Shown: piece by piece, positions 50,170-62,887 of the stretch | Numbering within the stretch: the first letter of the stretch is position 1 | Layout: each line of letters begins with the position of its first letter | DNA from: Stylophora pistillata | Lineage: Eukaryota | Direction: 5' to 3' | DNA length: 64,000 bases | NCBI RefSeq assembly: GCF_002571385.2 | Contig: NW_019217954.1 | Coordinates: 506,566 to 570,565, forward strand | Made by a program: the position numbers and the translations under genes | Notes under the pieces: generated by a model | Told to the model about the DNA's origin: nothing | The model's input: only the letters and a program-made list of their open reading frames with translations | The model's database searches: none

Positions 50170-53100
50170 TTTCTTTGACACAAGGCTCGAAGCTTAAGAG
50201 CCCCTCAGCTTCTCAGAAGCTTTTTACATCGCTTACTGATATAAAGAAATAAGATGGAAGGAAGAGAGGCTTCAAAATGTGGAGACCATGTTTCCCAGGT
50301 GCTTGCCAGATGTCAAGTTGCCAGCAAGAGGTAGGCAGAAAAATCTTAAAAAAAAGTAAAAAAAATTTCCTTTTTTTTTATCTGTCTAATGTTATCAGCT
50401 TAGTATGCTTAAAATTGGTGAATTATTCCGATATTTTGTGAAGGATTAGTGCTGCAAATTTGAATATTTAAGTCTGGGTACCTCTGGATACGTAGTGTTG
50501 TTGTTGTTATTATAGGAGCCCTTTGAAAAAAGTGGCAGCTTCACAATTGAATGAACACTATTGCAATGAATCGTCTCGATGAGATGTTTCCGTCAGCATA
50601 TAAGACATTTTATAGTACTGAGACTACTTCAGCCAGAGAGTACAATTATGTAATCTTAGATATTGATAGGAATAAGACAGTTATTGACTAAACACTGGCA
50701 GTTAAGCTCCACTTGAAGATGAACTGCACCCCAAGTTTGGCAACTGAAATCTTGGAAAAGAGGTCTTGAGAAGGTTACTTTGTATTGGTGGCTTCATGGA
50801 AGTTACACCCATGTAAACTTGCCAACACAGAAAGTGGAGAATACTTTGAATTCTTACCTATGATTTTAGCTTAATGTAATGGTATGGATATCATCTCTAC
50901 CTATTAGACTTACATTTGATCTTACTCTGGTATATTTTAAAGAGTTACTTGTCATTTAAAGTCCCCCTCAGATCAAAATTTTCGTACATCATTTTTTTTT
51001 CATTTTTGTGTTCAGAGTGTCTCCTTCACCTACTCTGCCAAATTTCAGTCTAGACCGAGCACCAGAAATATCTTTTTTTGGGTCATTAAATTCACGATTT
51101 CGCGCCCGCCATTATTTGATCATGTTCAGGAAGTTGATCACAGGACTCAGAGGAAGTGACATCAAAGGCTCAACATGAAAATCTCATATGGCAAAATGTC
51201 AAGCAAACCTAACAGAGTGCTTTACTCTATTCTTACAAAAACTAAACAAAAATGACGAGGCATCGATGCGTAATTCAAAGCTGAAGTAATCGTGCAGTTC
51301 ATGCTGCAGGTATTTCTCTGCATTGGAGCCTTGTAAATAGATCAGAGCAGGAAAAATGGATGTGATTTGTGTGAACTCACCGAGTAAACTTCAATCCTGC
51401 AGAAATATTTGTGATCTACTCCGAACACCTCTCGGAGGACTGTTTTGAGAGATCTGTGTATTTTGATGGATCTAGGGGAAGAATTCTGTCAGGTTCAGAG
51501 CCTACCGTTCAAGAGAAGGGAAAAGAAAAACCGTCCTCAGTGCAAACTCAACGAAAGCAAAGTCTATGAACCTCCATGGGTTTTGTCACCTTTACATGTG
51601 AGCTGATCAATATCCACCTTTAACAACTCTCTGGCAGAATACCTTCCACAAAGGAAAGTACTCAGCGAACATTGTAAATAAGAATGATAAAATAGCCAAA
51701 TTAAGGATTGAGATTTATGACCTCAAAGAGCTTACTTTTATACAAAAGAGATGAAAAATATAATTGTGTGCTCTGACTCTAAAAAAAGGTGGCTTTAATA
51801 TCAGAACAGACAGCCTAAGACACAGAGCGTAGAAAAAAGGAAAATCTCTTACAACAAGCAAAAATACAGTTCAAAGGTGATAAAGCGATGGGACCACAAA
51901 ATCCACATTGGGAGTCTGTGCTATTTTGTGTTTATCTTTATTCGCATGGCAAAAATTCATTGTTTGTCGGCGCAAAACTATCCACAGAAGCTTCAGATGA
52001 TTTCTGGGACAATTCATCGTCAGACAAAGTCGACATTTCACGACTGACAACGAAACAGTTCTCAAAAAAGTAATATGTGTGACTCTCTGTGCAGCGAACA
52101 AAGAGAGTTGTCACAAAGCAAAGCATAAGTTTGTTGAGCCTTTTCTGCTGTACAATTGCGGGCTCGGCTGGAACATGTTTTCAGCAATTTGAAGCGGTAN
52201 TTTCTTTGACACAAGGCTCGAAGCTTAAGAGCCCCTCAGCTTCTCAGAAGCTTTTTACATCGCTTACTGATATAAAGAAATAAGATGGAAGGAAGAGAGG
52301 CTTCAAAATGTGGAGACCATGTTTCCCAGGTGCTTGCCAGATGTCAAGTTGCCAGCAAGAGGTAGGCAGAAAAATCTTAAAAAAAAGTAAAAAAAATTTC
52401 CTTTTTTTTTATCTGTCTAATGTTATCAGCTTAGTATGCTTAAAATTGGTGAATTATTCCGATATTTTGTGAAGGATTAGTGCTGCAAATTTGAATATTT
52501 AAGTCTGGGTACCTCTGGATACGTAGTGTTGTTGTTGTTATTATAGGAGCCCTTTGAAAAAAGTGGCAGCTTCACAATTGAATGAACACTATTGCAATGA
52601 ATCGTCTCGATGAGATGTTTCCGTCAGCATATAAGACATTTTATAGTACTGAGACTACTTCAGCCAGAGAGTACAATTATGTAATCTTAGATATTGATAG
52701 GAATAAGACAGTTATTGACTAAACACTGGCAGTTAAGCTCCACTTGAAGATGAACTGCACCCCAAGTTTGGCAACTGAAATCTTGGAAAAGAGGTCTTGA
52801 GAAGGTTACTTTGTATTGGTGGCTTCATGGAAGTTACACCCATGTAAACTTGCCAACACAGAAAGTGGAGAATACTTTGAATTCTTACCTATGATTTTAG
52901 CTTAATGTAATGGTATGGATATCATCTCTACCTATTAGACTTACATTTGATCTTACTCTGGTATATTTTAAAGAGTTACTTGTCATTTAAAGTCCCCCTC
53001 AGATCAAAATTTTCGTACATCATTTTTTTTTCATTTTTGTGTTCAGAGTGTCTCCTTCACCTACTCTGCCAAATTTCAGTCTAGACCGAGCACCAGAAAT

Positions 53101-54230
53101 ATCTTTTTTTGGGTCATTAAATTCACGATTTCGCGCCCGCCATTATTTGATCATGTTCAGGAAGTTGATCACAGGACTCAGAGGAAGTGACATCAAAGGC
53201 TCAACATGAAAATCTCATATGGCAAAATGTCAAGCAAACCTAACAGAGTGCTTTACTCTATTCTTACAAAAACTAAACAAAAATGACGAGGCATCGATGC
53301 GTAATTCAAAGCTGAAGTAATCGTGCAGTTCATGCTGCAGGTATTTCTCTGCATTGGAGCCTTGTAAATAGATCAGAGCAGGAAAAATGGATGTGATTTG
53401 TGTGAACTCACCGAGTAAACTTCAATCCTGCAGAAATATTTGTGATCTACTCCGAACACCTCTCGGAGGACTGTTTTGAGAGATCTGTGTATTTTGATGG
53501 ATCTAGGGGAAGAATTCTGTCAGGTTCAGAGCCTACCGTTCAAGAGAAGGGAAAAGAAAAACCGTCCTCAGTGCAAACTCAACGAAAGCAAAGTCTATGA
53601 ACCTCCATGGGTTTTGTCACCTTTACATGTGAGCTGATCAATATCCACCTTTAACAACTCTCTGGCAGAATACCTTCCACAAAGGAAAGTACTCAGCGAA
53701 CATTGTAAATAAGAATGATAAAATAGCCAAATTAAGGATTGAGATTTATGACCTCAAAGAGCTTACTTTTATACAAAAGAGATGAAAAATATAATTGTGT
53801 GCTCTGACTCTAAAAAAAGGTGGCTTTAATATCAGAACAGACAGCCTAAGACACAGAGCGTAGAAAAAAGGAAAATCTCTTACAACAAGCAAAAATACAG
53901 TTCAAAGGTGATAAAGCGATGGGACCACAAAATCCACATTGGGAGTCTGTGCTATTTTGTGTTTATCTTTATTCGCATGGCAAAAATTCATTGTTTGTCG
54001 GCGCAAAACTATCCACAGAAGCTTCAGATGATTTCTGGGACAATTCATCGTCAGACAAAGTCGACATTTCACGACTGACAACGAAACAGTTCTCAAAAAA
54101 GTAATATGTGTGATTCTCTGGGCAGTGAACAAAGAGAGTTGTGACAAAGCAAAGCAGAAGTTTGTTGAGCCTTTGACGTCATGATAACGTTTTCTGCTGT
54201 ACAATTGCGGGCTCGGCTAGAACATGTTTT
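50170..54230. repeat. 2031-bp tandem duplication joined by a single N (probable assembly artefact)
   Basis: 50170-52199 is repeated from 52201 at offset 2031 (e.g. identical ORFs 51888 and 53919). Copies look identical by eye until about 52080/54111; N at 52200. Confidence 0.85.
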
Positions 54231-54396
54231 CACTAATGGCGGACGATTTTTGGACGACTTTGAAGCGGTAAAAATTGGTCATCGAAGGTTTGTTTGGAGT
54301 TTTTAATGGCAAAAAGGGTCTTATTTTGACCCAATTCAACATTGTGTAAACAATTTAGGCCAAAATAAAATGGTCAATTTTCATCTCAGGGGCACT
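52991..54396 (+). mobile_element. Kolobok-like DNA transposon remnant (THAP pseudogene plus a convergent ORF remnant); partial duplicate at 50960-52199
   Basis: Left TTAA + AGTCCCCCTCAGATCAAAATT; right AATTTTCATCTCAGGGGCACT + TAAA (18/21 TIR match). From 53283: MTRHRCVIQS*SN..ISLHW..EKW..VIYSEH.SEDCF..GSEPTV (THAP). Minus-strand acidic/Cys remnant MSTLSDDELS..QCGFC. Confidence 0.75.
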
Positions 54397-54639
54397 TAAA
54401 CAAATGTAATTTGCCACTCATTGGTTTAGCAAAGTAGCTGATCCTAGAGCTTCTGTGCATTAGAGAAAACTGTACTGTGGTTTGTTACTAAAAAGCCTAC
54501 AGGTTTTTACATAGGTTTGATTTTGATGGACTTACACCTTCTCCCTATGGAGCTTACATGCAAAGGATTAAATAACCTAACACTCGCACTTAGTAATCAT
54601 CTACTGGTCCCTAACATGCCCTCTAGTTGTATCTTTTAG

Positions 54640-54770
54640 AATTCTTAAAGAGTTACACCCGTGCAAACTTATGGTAACAGGGCTTTCTTAGTTGCTGCAC
54701 CTAGGTTATCTAACCTTTAGATTTTTTTAACTGGTCTATCGGTCAGTGTCTTCAAATCACTTTTACAGTG
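54640..54770 (+). mobile_element. 3' fragment of an L2/CR1-group LINE
   Basis: Translates TYGNRAFLVAAPRLSN, resembling the T.GDRAFS.AAP.LWN C-terminal motif of these LINEs. Confidence 0.5.
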
Positions 54771-54906
54771 TTGTGTGTGTGTAAAGACTCATCTTTTTAG
54801 CAATATGTTTAGAAATTTTTACATTATCATGATTTTTGTGGATACTGCCTCTTATAGGATGCAAAGTCTGGTAGGTCATTGAGATGATTGAGTGCAACAA
54901 TAGGAA

Positions 54907-55122
54907 AGTCCTTTTTACAGTTGTGAGCTTGGTGGCCAAGCCTTTGAACAAGGGTGAGGCTTAGGGTGACCTTGTTATGATAGAGATGTTGTTGCTTTTC
55001 AAATGCAAATTACTTTGTTATCATGCTAACTAGATACAGGTCTCTATCATAACAGGGTCACCCTTAGCCTCACTCCTGTTTGAAGGCTTGGCCACTAAGC
55101 CCACAACTGTAAAATGGACTAT
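54907..55122. mobile_element. Palindromic MITE
   Basis: Arms AGTCCTTTTTACAGTTGTGAGCTTGGTGGCCAAGCCTT...GTGACCTTGTTATGATAGAGA and TCTCTATCATAACAGGGTCACC...AAGGCTTGGCCACTAAGCCCACAACTGTAAAATGGACT. Confidence 0.75.
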
Positions 55123-56714
55123 TCCGATCTTGACCCATTCTGACCTGACGTTTCTTGGTGCTACTTATTGTTTGTTTTGGAGTATCTTAGTAGTTTGACA
55201 TTCGCACTTAATATACAGTCGAGTCCTCTCCTTTTGTGATTTCTGGCATGTAACCATGAGCCTGTTATGTTTTCAGTTCTTGCTGTGGCACTACAAAAGA
55301 CACACAGCAGGAGACACTGAACATCTCACAATAATTTCAGGATTGCATGCTATTAGGACAAAACTTTTCCTCACAGAAACACGCTGTATCTTAATAGGTG
55401 TGATTAGTACATCATGAAACTTACAGGAAAATTTTGTCTTTGAAGAGAGAGCATTTTACTGTTTAAATCAGCAAATTCTGTCCCAAGATATAATATTTTT
55501 AGATCTGGTCATGACACCACAAAAGATGATAAATTTGTAAACAATTTTACAATGGCATCCACTGGGGCATCAAGACTTTTCTTTGCGGAAATACATAGAT
55601 GTGATCTGTACGTCATGGAAGTTTTGAGGAAAAATCATTTGCTATAAAAACAGAGCATTCTACTGTCTGAATCAGCAACTCATACCAAAAAGAGCCGCTA
55701 AATTTGCAAAGTGAGCAAGGTGCAAAATACAATACTTAGAGTTATTCCACAGAATGATGGTACTGTGGTTGGCAGATTGGTGGAATATCTTAAAACAAGA
55801 AATGATGAAATATCCATTATTTTTTAATTTTATATAGCATTGTAGAAATGAAATTGTCATTTTAATTATTATTGTTCTTATCATACGATTGTGCCTGCCT
55901 GATAAGGTTATTTTGCAACACCTTTTACTGTCTTAGAGTTGGAAACACGATGGAGAGTGAAACTGTAACAACTATACTCATGCTATTTTGGTGAAAAGGA
56001 TGATTATTGCCAAGGAGATTGTATTATAGGAATGAGGGGGGTGGCCATGTCTTAAAAATTTTTTAATACACATTCAGTATAGGCATCAGGCCAGAACCTT
56101 AAATTTGGTAATTCACATTTATAACAAGAGAATTTTCATGGTAAAATGCTTGCAGTAGCAAACACGTGGATTGTGTGCATATAGAGGTACAGTCACAAAA
56201 GTGGATGAATCAGCAAAGTATTTACTGTAGATTAAGAAGTTTGTGGAAGTATTATTGCCTAACTTGTTTGAAAAAACTGCTGAACCATGAGTGACTGTTG
56301 CCATGAGAGGTCTAAAGGAATTGTAAAGAGTGTTTTGGTACAGTGTGAGATGATCTTTTGATTAAGGTTATAATTTTACTGGTTCAGAGAGTAAGGGTTT
56401 CATTAAGGACCTGGGTGCTGGGCGAATTGACTGGTTATGAGCATGGTTTTGCCCACCTGGTTTGACCATCTGGAGGAAAGTTTATCTTATAAAGAAGCAC
56501 AGTTCAAAAAGTTTTGTCCACTTGTGAAAACCAGTAGCCCTCCTGCTGAAAACGTTAATGAAACCCATGGGAGGGTAATAATTTATGATTTGTATGATTC
56601 TTGTAAGAAGATTTGATCTTAATCACATTTCTAAGCTACTGGACATTGCTATGCAGTCATAATAAAATTTATCTTTTATTTGTTATCAATAATATTGATT
56701 TTTTGTTGATAACT

Positions 56715-56856
56715 CAGTGCTTTCAATAAGACCCGGCACCCGCCAGAGCTCCAGCGGGTATTCTGTTGTGAGTCGCCAGGTATATTTCACCGCGCTCAAG
56801 TTGCGGTCACCATGCTGAAGTCACGCTCAATATTTCAAATCTTATTGAAAGCACTG
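56715..56856. mobile_element. 142-bp MITE with perfect 17-bp TIR and 5-bp TSD
   Basis: CAGTGCTTTCAATAAGA...TCTTATTGAAAGCACTG; TAACT at 56710-56714 and 56857-56861. Confidence 0.8.
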
Positions 56857-57704
56857 TAACTAACTTTTTATTTAGCAAAGCAAGAGTGGGTTTCATGCTG
56901 ATATCCAGTTGTGTAGTTTCTGGAGTCTGTAGTTCACAACCGATACTGAAATTGTTTTATTTTGAATATCCCAGGATAAGCTTACCTTCAATTCATTTAA
57001 ATTTGTATACTGTATTTACCTGTATATGATAAGCACCCATGCATAGTATGCACCCCAATTTTTGACCAAATTTTTCATAAAAAAAAGTTTTCACAGTGAA
57101 AAACATGTTAATTCAATATTTATGTATTGAGATAACAATACTTACGTTACAAGAACTTGAAAATTACTTATGTACTGGTAACTAATTACAAAACGGTTGA
57201 AAATGATAACAAACAGCCTTGCAAGAGTGTCTATGCAAAAAAACCTTCAAAACTGGACTCTGAGTCTGACTGAAAAAGTTGGTCAAAATCAATTCACTAT
57301 TATTTTTATTGTCCTCGGTTGAATTGTAGACCATATCGTCTTTGGAACCATGTAAATTGTTCATAATGCCACATTTCAAAATATAATTTACACATCAGTT
57401 CCTTTGATAGCTTCCTTATACGACCAGGTGGCATAAATTCGTGGGTACCATCAGCCATTCAATCCATCCATTGTTTTTTTACTCAATCCTTGAAGGACTT
57501 ATTGAAAGAGACATCCAAAGGCTGCAGAAGTGAGGTTAAACCCCCAGGAATTATAGGTATCGCTGTTTTTTTTTTTTTTTCTGAAGATGTAGGCAGTACT
57601 TTTAAAAGGGTTCAGGATTTTTTTAGTCTCTGAAGGATTTTCTAAGAATATGGTTGTTTCTACTCATTTTTGAGACTATTGTAAAAATTATTTTTTTGTT
57701 ACTT

Positions 57705-58489
57705 GTCGTATTTATCTGTGTATAAGTCGACCCTTTACGACCAAAAAATCAGCCAAAAAAATCATCCTCGACTTGTAGACGGATCATAGACAAAGACCTG
57801 ACCCAAGCAATCCAAGAAATTAGCATAACAATTGCCTGAAGTCCATTAGGAAAACCGAGTTCACAAAACCAGTTCTAATTGTGTTCAAGTTTTGTCAGTT
57901 TTCAGCACATTCTTCATCGACGAAAAAGTTTGGAGTAATAAATTTTACATGGCTTAAACAAAAACCTAGTGGGGCTGATTTCTATTAATTGTAACTTCTG
58001 ATCTGTAGAGCAGACATTTTTCCTTACAGCTTTGCTGTAGACAAATGCTGTTTTCTCATGTGGTCTTATTTGTTATGTGCATGGACCAACATGGTGGTGT
58101 TTTCATCAAGCGATCCTTCGAAGCTCTTCGGTGTTCCTTTGGTCTACTAAATCTCCTTTCAAAAGGTTGCTTAAATGCATCAAGATTTGCAAAGCGATTT
58201 ACAAAATATGGTGAATTACTTCTCCAGTAAATCGAAGTGCTCGTATACACTTAGATCATGAATCATGGTAATAATGTAAACATGTGCTACTAACCTTCAC
58301 AGTACACGATTACATTTTTCTCAGCAGTTTTTTTTTAAATTCACCGTGTTTTCAATACATTCTCAGAAATAAGAGATCAGCCATTTGGGAAATTTCTATC
58401 AGTCTGAATTTTTCTTTACTGGAAATTATGAAAAATCCGATTTTTGACCTTGAAAATGGGGGTCAACTTATACATGAATAAATACGGTA
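57705..58489. mobile_element. Tc1/pogo(Tigger)-like non-autonomous element
   Basis: CGTATTTATCTGTGTATAAGTCGACCC ... GGGTCAACTTATACATGAATAAATACGGTA termini; a related left end sits at about 57006. Confidence 0.6.
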
Positions 58490-60017
58490 CCTGTAGTTTG
58501 AAGAAGGTGGCATTTTCTTTCTTAAGACTCTGCAAAGTTTTATTAAGGAATACCTCAGACTGATGGCACTCATGTAAAATTGTGACAGAATGAGTACACA
58601 AGATGTGGCACTTTTAGCTACTGGATACTTCATAAGGGTTACTTTTTTTTGTTCTTTAGGAGATAAATTTTCTGTGCATAAGGCTATACTGTAGTTCACA
58701 GTAGAACATAGCAAAAATATAGATGGAAAGAGTTGCAGCAAAAAGGCCACTCTGAATGATCCAAACTGTGGTTTTATTAGATTTCTTTATGGTTGACTTT
58801 TACAGCAACAACCTTTTTTGTGTTCCAGGTTCTTTTTGTCATGCACTCATGTAAAAGCATGTCAGTGTTTTTGCCTGTGTTTCTTACATCTTTTGGGCAC
58901 AGCTTATGCAATTGATGCAGTACTCAGATAATGTAGTATGACTTAGTTTGAAAACTAGAAACCAAAATGATAAAAAGTGAAACCATAGTGATTTAAAAAT
59001 CACTTATTAGATGGTTTAACAAAATAATACAAGCAGACATTTTGCTCATTGCCCGCAAAGAAAATCATATGTTAAACCAGAGAATGAAGTTTATTATTTG
59101 AGCTTTGTGTATCCTTTTCTTTGAAGTCAACAGTACTATTTGACAGGGAGGGACATGTCTACTCAAATAGTTATTCTCAGCAAGTATTCATTGAAGCAAT
59201 TGTGGATTTTTTCCTGTAAGGACCAGTATTTCCCGTTATACTATAATGCCAAGCCCTAACCCAAGTTTTAGATCAGATCTGAGCTGCTAGAAGGATGGAT
59301 GGGGCAGTATCCCAGATGATCACTATCCAGCAAAGTACTGTGGGGTTCACAGAAGAAAATTAATGTCTCTATTTACTAGATGGCGATTCATCTACTGGAT
59401 GTGAGATAGAACTATAATGAAATAGTGTACAATCAGTAGGAGTAGTTGGCCAGCAAACTGGACTCTGAATGAGAATGTCTGGCCCTGAGACTTAGCTAGG
59501 GTCAATGTTTTGTGTTTAAACATGCTATTTTAGAAGAATAGATATGTAATGCTCTCAGTCTTGTCGGGTAGTTGTTATTGAAGCTTTTGTTTTATGGAAG
59601 AATGTTACAAGTAGTAATTCAATAGTGTATCTTTATTTAAGATCCAATTGATGAGAGTGTGACAGTTGAATATCTCAAGCCCAGGATTGATGGTGCAGAG
59701 TACTGAGAGATTGATGATGACTGACAACAACACTGCAAATGAAAGGTGACTTATTTTTTGGTACAATGGTATTCTATCAAATTTTAAATATTTGGATTTG
59801 GGTACAGCTGGCTCTGGGTTGTCATCCTAAATGCTAGCGGAGTTTTTTTCACCCAGCTGTTGGCCCACCACCCTCTTTAAAGAAGTCACATAATTGGGGA
59901 GGCATTAAAGTGAGTGAGCCACATTAAATTTTTCTAATGTATGCTTCTATGGAACTCAATTTGTTGACTTTTTTATTCCAAAACTTCTAAATTTATGCTT
60001 TTTAGTTTTTTGGGTTT

Positions 60018-60348
60018 NNNNNNNNNNNNNNNNNNNNNNNNNNNNNNNNNNNNNNNNNNNNNNNNNNNNNNNNNNNNNNNNNNNNNNNNNNNNNNNNNNN
60101 NNNNNNNNNNNNNNNNNNNNNNNNNNNNNNNNNNNNNNNNNNNNNNNNNNNNNNNNNNNNNNNNNNNNNNNNNNNNNNNNNNNNNNNNNNNNNNNNNNNN
60201 NNNNNNNNNNNNNNNNNNNNNNNNNNNNNNNNNNNNNNNNNNNNNNNNNNNNNNNNNNNNNNNNNNNNNNNNNNNNNNNNNNNNNNNNNNNNNNNNNNNN
60301 NNNNNNNNNNNNNNNNNNNNNNNNNNNNNNNNNNNNNNNNNNNNNNNN
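60018..60348. other. Assembly gap (331 N)
   Basis: Run of N. Confidence 1.
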
Positions 60349-60652
60349 CCAGAGGGGCTTTTCAGGGCCAGCACCTACCCATCACACCCAGGGGAGGACT
60401 TCCACCACACAGTTATCTCGTGCGTGGGAAATTAATGTCTCTTACCCCTAACCCTGCCAGGAGATGGGGCCTACAGTCTATTCGTCTTTATCCGAGAAGA
60501 CTAGAGTATCCATCCATTTCTTGAATATAGGAAGGTAGCAAATTCTCCTCACTTATTTTAAGACCATGAGTATTGGTTTGGCCAGGACTCATACCCTTGA
60601 CCTCCCACACAACACAATCCAGCGCTCTAACCAATTGAACTAACCGGGAGGC
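60349..60652 (-). mobile_element. tRNA-derived SINE, same family as 4113-4483, truncated by the gap
   Basis: Minus strand GCCTCCCGGTTAGTTCAATTGGTTAGAGCGCTGGAT...GGGAGGTCAAGGG...CTAGTCTTCTCGGATAAAGAC aligns with the 4113 copy. Confidence 0.8.
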
Positions 60653-60659
60653 AGTTTCA

Positions 60660-61150
60660 GGGATTTTACTATTTTAGGTCCTGTCTTTTAATCCAGGTCA
60701 TAAGTGCAACATCTCTTTGGCATTTCCAGGCTACAAATTTTTTGGATTTCTGGTTTCTATGGGTCTTGTGTTTTTTAGATCACAAGTGTTTTAATTGAAG
60801 GTTTTGCTGGTCTCAGCCTTTTAAGTCTTGCACTTTTCAACATTAGTATTTTTGGACACTAAATTTAGGATTTTTACTGTAGGTCTTTACTTGTTGGATG
60901 TTTGGTCTCAAAATTTTTGGGTCTTAAAATGTTGTTAGTCTTTTTGGATATGAAGGTCTGTAGGGTCTATGGATCTCAAGTTTGTTGGGAAATAGACTTT
61001 CCAGATCCTAATTCTTTTCGGTTTGTGGCTATTTCAAAGTTTTAAGTTTTGGGGGCCCTTGACTTTTCAGTTTTTTCTTTTGTGGGTCTTGTCTATTTCC
61101 TGACCCTAGTTTTCTGGGTCATTATTGGTATTGCATTTGATATTTTTTGG
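60660..61150. repeat. Degenerate T-rich tandem repeat (TTTTGGGTC-like units)
   Basis: Recurring TTTT(T)GG(G)TC motifs at roughly 20-bp spacing. Confidence 0.45.
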
Positions 61151-61564
61151 ATCTTTATCATGTTAGAGGTGGAGCTGCCAACTTGAGTTATTTGGTGCTC
61201 ACCATTATTTGATGAATTATCCAGAGTAGAAATCACTCACATTTTTATCTCCTCCCCTCCCCTCCCCTCACAGTATCATTTGAGTACTGATTAAGAGGCT
61301 CATGGATTTTTTATTCTAATTCAGATAATATATTAAAAGTCATTAAATATTTTTATTACACATATAAGAGAGGACTTTGATATGTGAAGCTCAGACCTCT
61401 ACTTGGCTCCATGGCTTATAACTGCCCATATTGATAAATGGTTTTTGGTGTGTGCCTCTCCTTGTGCATGGATAAACTGAGTCAAGATGTGAATTGATAT
61501 AAGGCATGTCCCCATGGAGCTCATGTAAGTCATTTAGTTTCATTATAATGTACTACAATATGAT

Positions 61565-62080
61565 GTCTGACTGATTGATTGACTTGCTGTCTGGCTGCCT
61601 GGCTGTTTGACTGATCGAGAGACTGACTAACTTGCCAGCTCGCTGGTTAGCTGTTTGACTGAGGGAGAAACTTACTGACTGGACTGACCGACTAACCACC
61701 TGGCTAGTTTACTGAATGGCTTGCAGGCTTACTACAATGAACTTGCTTACTGACTGCTGGCTGGCGGAGTGACTGATTAACTGACTTACAAATTGTCTGT
61801 CTAACTGACTTACTGACTGATTGGCTGGTTGGCTGGCCAGCGGACTGACTCACTGACTGACTGACTGACTGACTGACTCATTAGCTGGCTAGCTGGCTGG
61901 CTGACTGGCCTACTGATTGACCGAATAACTTGGTTACTGACTGCTGGCTGGCTGACTGACCGACTGACTAACGTACAAATTATCTGTCTGACTGGCTGGC
62001 TTGCCAGCTGACTGGCTGGTCGTCTGATCAGCAGGTTGACTTAGAGACTCGGTTTTTATCTTAACTGACCTACTGATTAT
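61565..62080. repeat. Compound (GACT)n/(GGCT)n microsatellite
   Basis: Long degenerate array; purest at 61845-61905. Confidence 0.85.
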
Positions 62081-62714
62081 CCTGTGATGTTCAACTTCAC
62101 AGTGTGTTCTCACTTTTTAGTATGTGTGTATGTATATAACCTCATCATTATACATTTCTGCACTCAAAACAAAGCAATTGTATTCCGTATTAAGCAACTT
62201 TCGGTACCACAGAGTAAATCTGTGTGTGCATTAGGCTGCATTTTTTAAGGAGGGGTTGGGATTTCAGTAGATGGGGTATTAATAGGATTACAGAATTATG
62301 CAAAATAACTTATCATAGGGTTAGCTAAATGCAGCATTCGAGAACGGTTTAGGAATGTGCATAGGTTGTCGTGAATGAGTGTTTTTGCGAGGAAAATTGT
62401 CTACTCCCACATTCTCTATAAGACGTTTTGATTCCATTGCTTACATAAAGTTTCAAGATGGGTAACTTTGTGGGAGCAAGGGGCTCTTCTTTTTCACATC
62501 GGGGCTTGTGAATCGCAAAAAATTCCGTTACCATCGAGTTCATCTATAAAAAATTGCAACGAAACGAGGGATGTTCTCGCCGACTCATCGCGCTACGGAT
62601 ATATACCGCTCGCTATAGGAGCATACCTCTCGCTCCTGGAACCAATCTGATCGCAGTATTTGTAGGGTACCGACCGCTCACGCATTGACAAAAAAAAATG
62701 AAATAGGTTATCTT

Positions 62715-62887
62715 GGGCGCGATCCATTCAACCAAAATTTCCGGGCCAAGGGGACCGGTCCAACCGAGAAAAGTGGTCGACGTCGAAAGGTGGGCCAGTT
62801 TTTTCGAAACTTTTCCGGTTGGACCGAACCGATCCATTCAGTTTTAGACCGAAATTTCCGGAAATTTTGGTTGAATGGATCGCGCCC
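62715..62887. mobile_element. Young 173-bp MITE with perfect 30-bp TIR
   Basis: GGGCGCGATCCATTCAACCAAAATTTCCGG ... CCGGAAATTTTGGTTGAATGGATCGCGCCC. Confidence 0.85.

Noticed and set aside
53283-53600. In-frame TGA at a THAP zinc-ligand Cys position as possible selenocysteine
   Set aside because: Two further TGAs fit CGA-to-TGA decay and another ligand Cys is Tyr; this is a decayed transposon gene.
59973-60435. ORFs of 133 and 146 aa
   Set aside because: Artefacts of the N gap.
61565-62080. CRISPR-like or coding repeat array
   Set aside because: Simple tetranucleotide microsatellite in eukaryotic DNA; no repeat-spacer structure.
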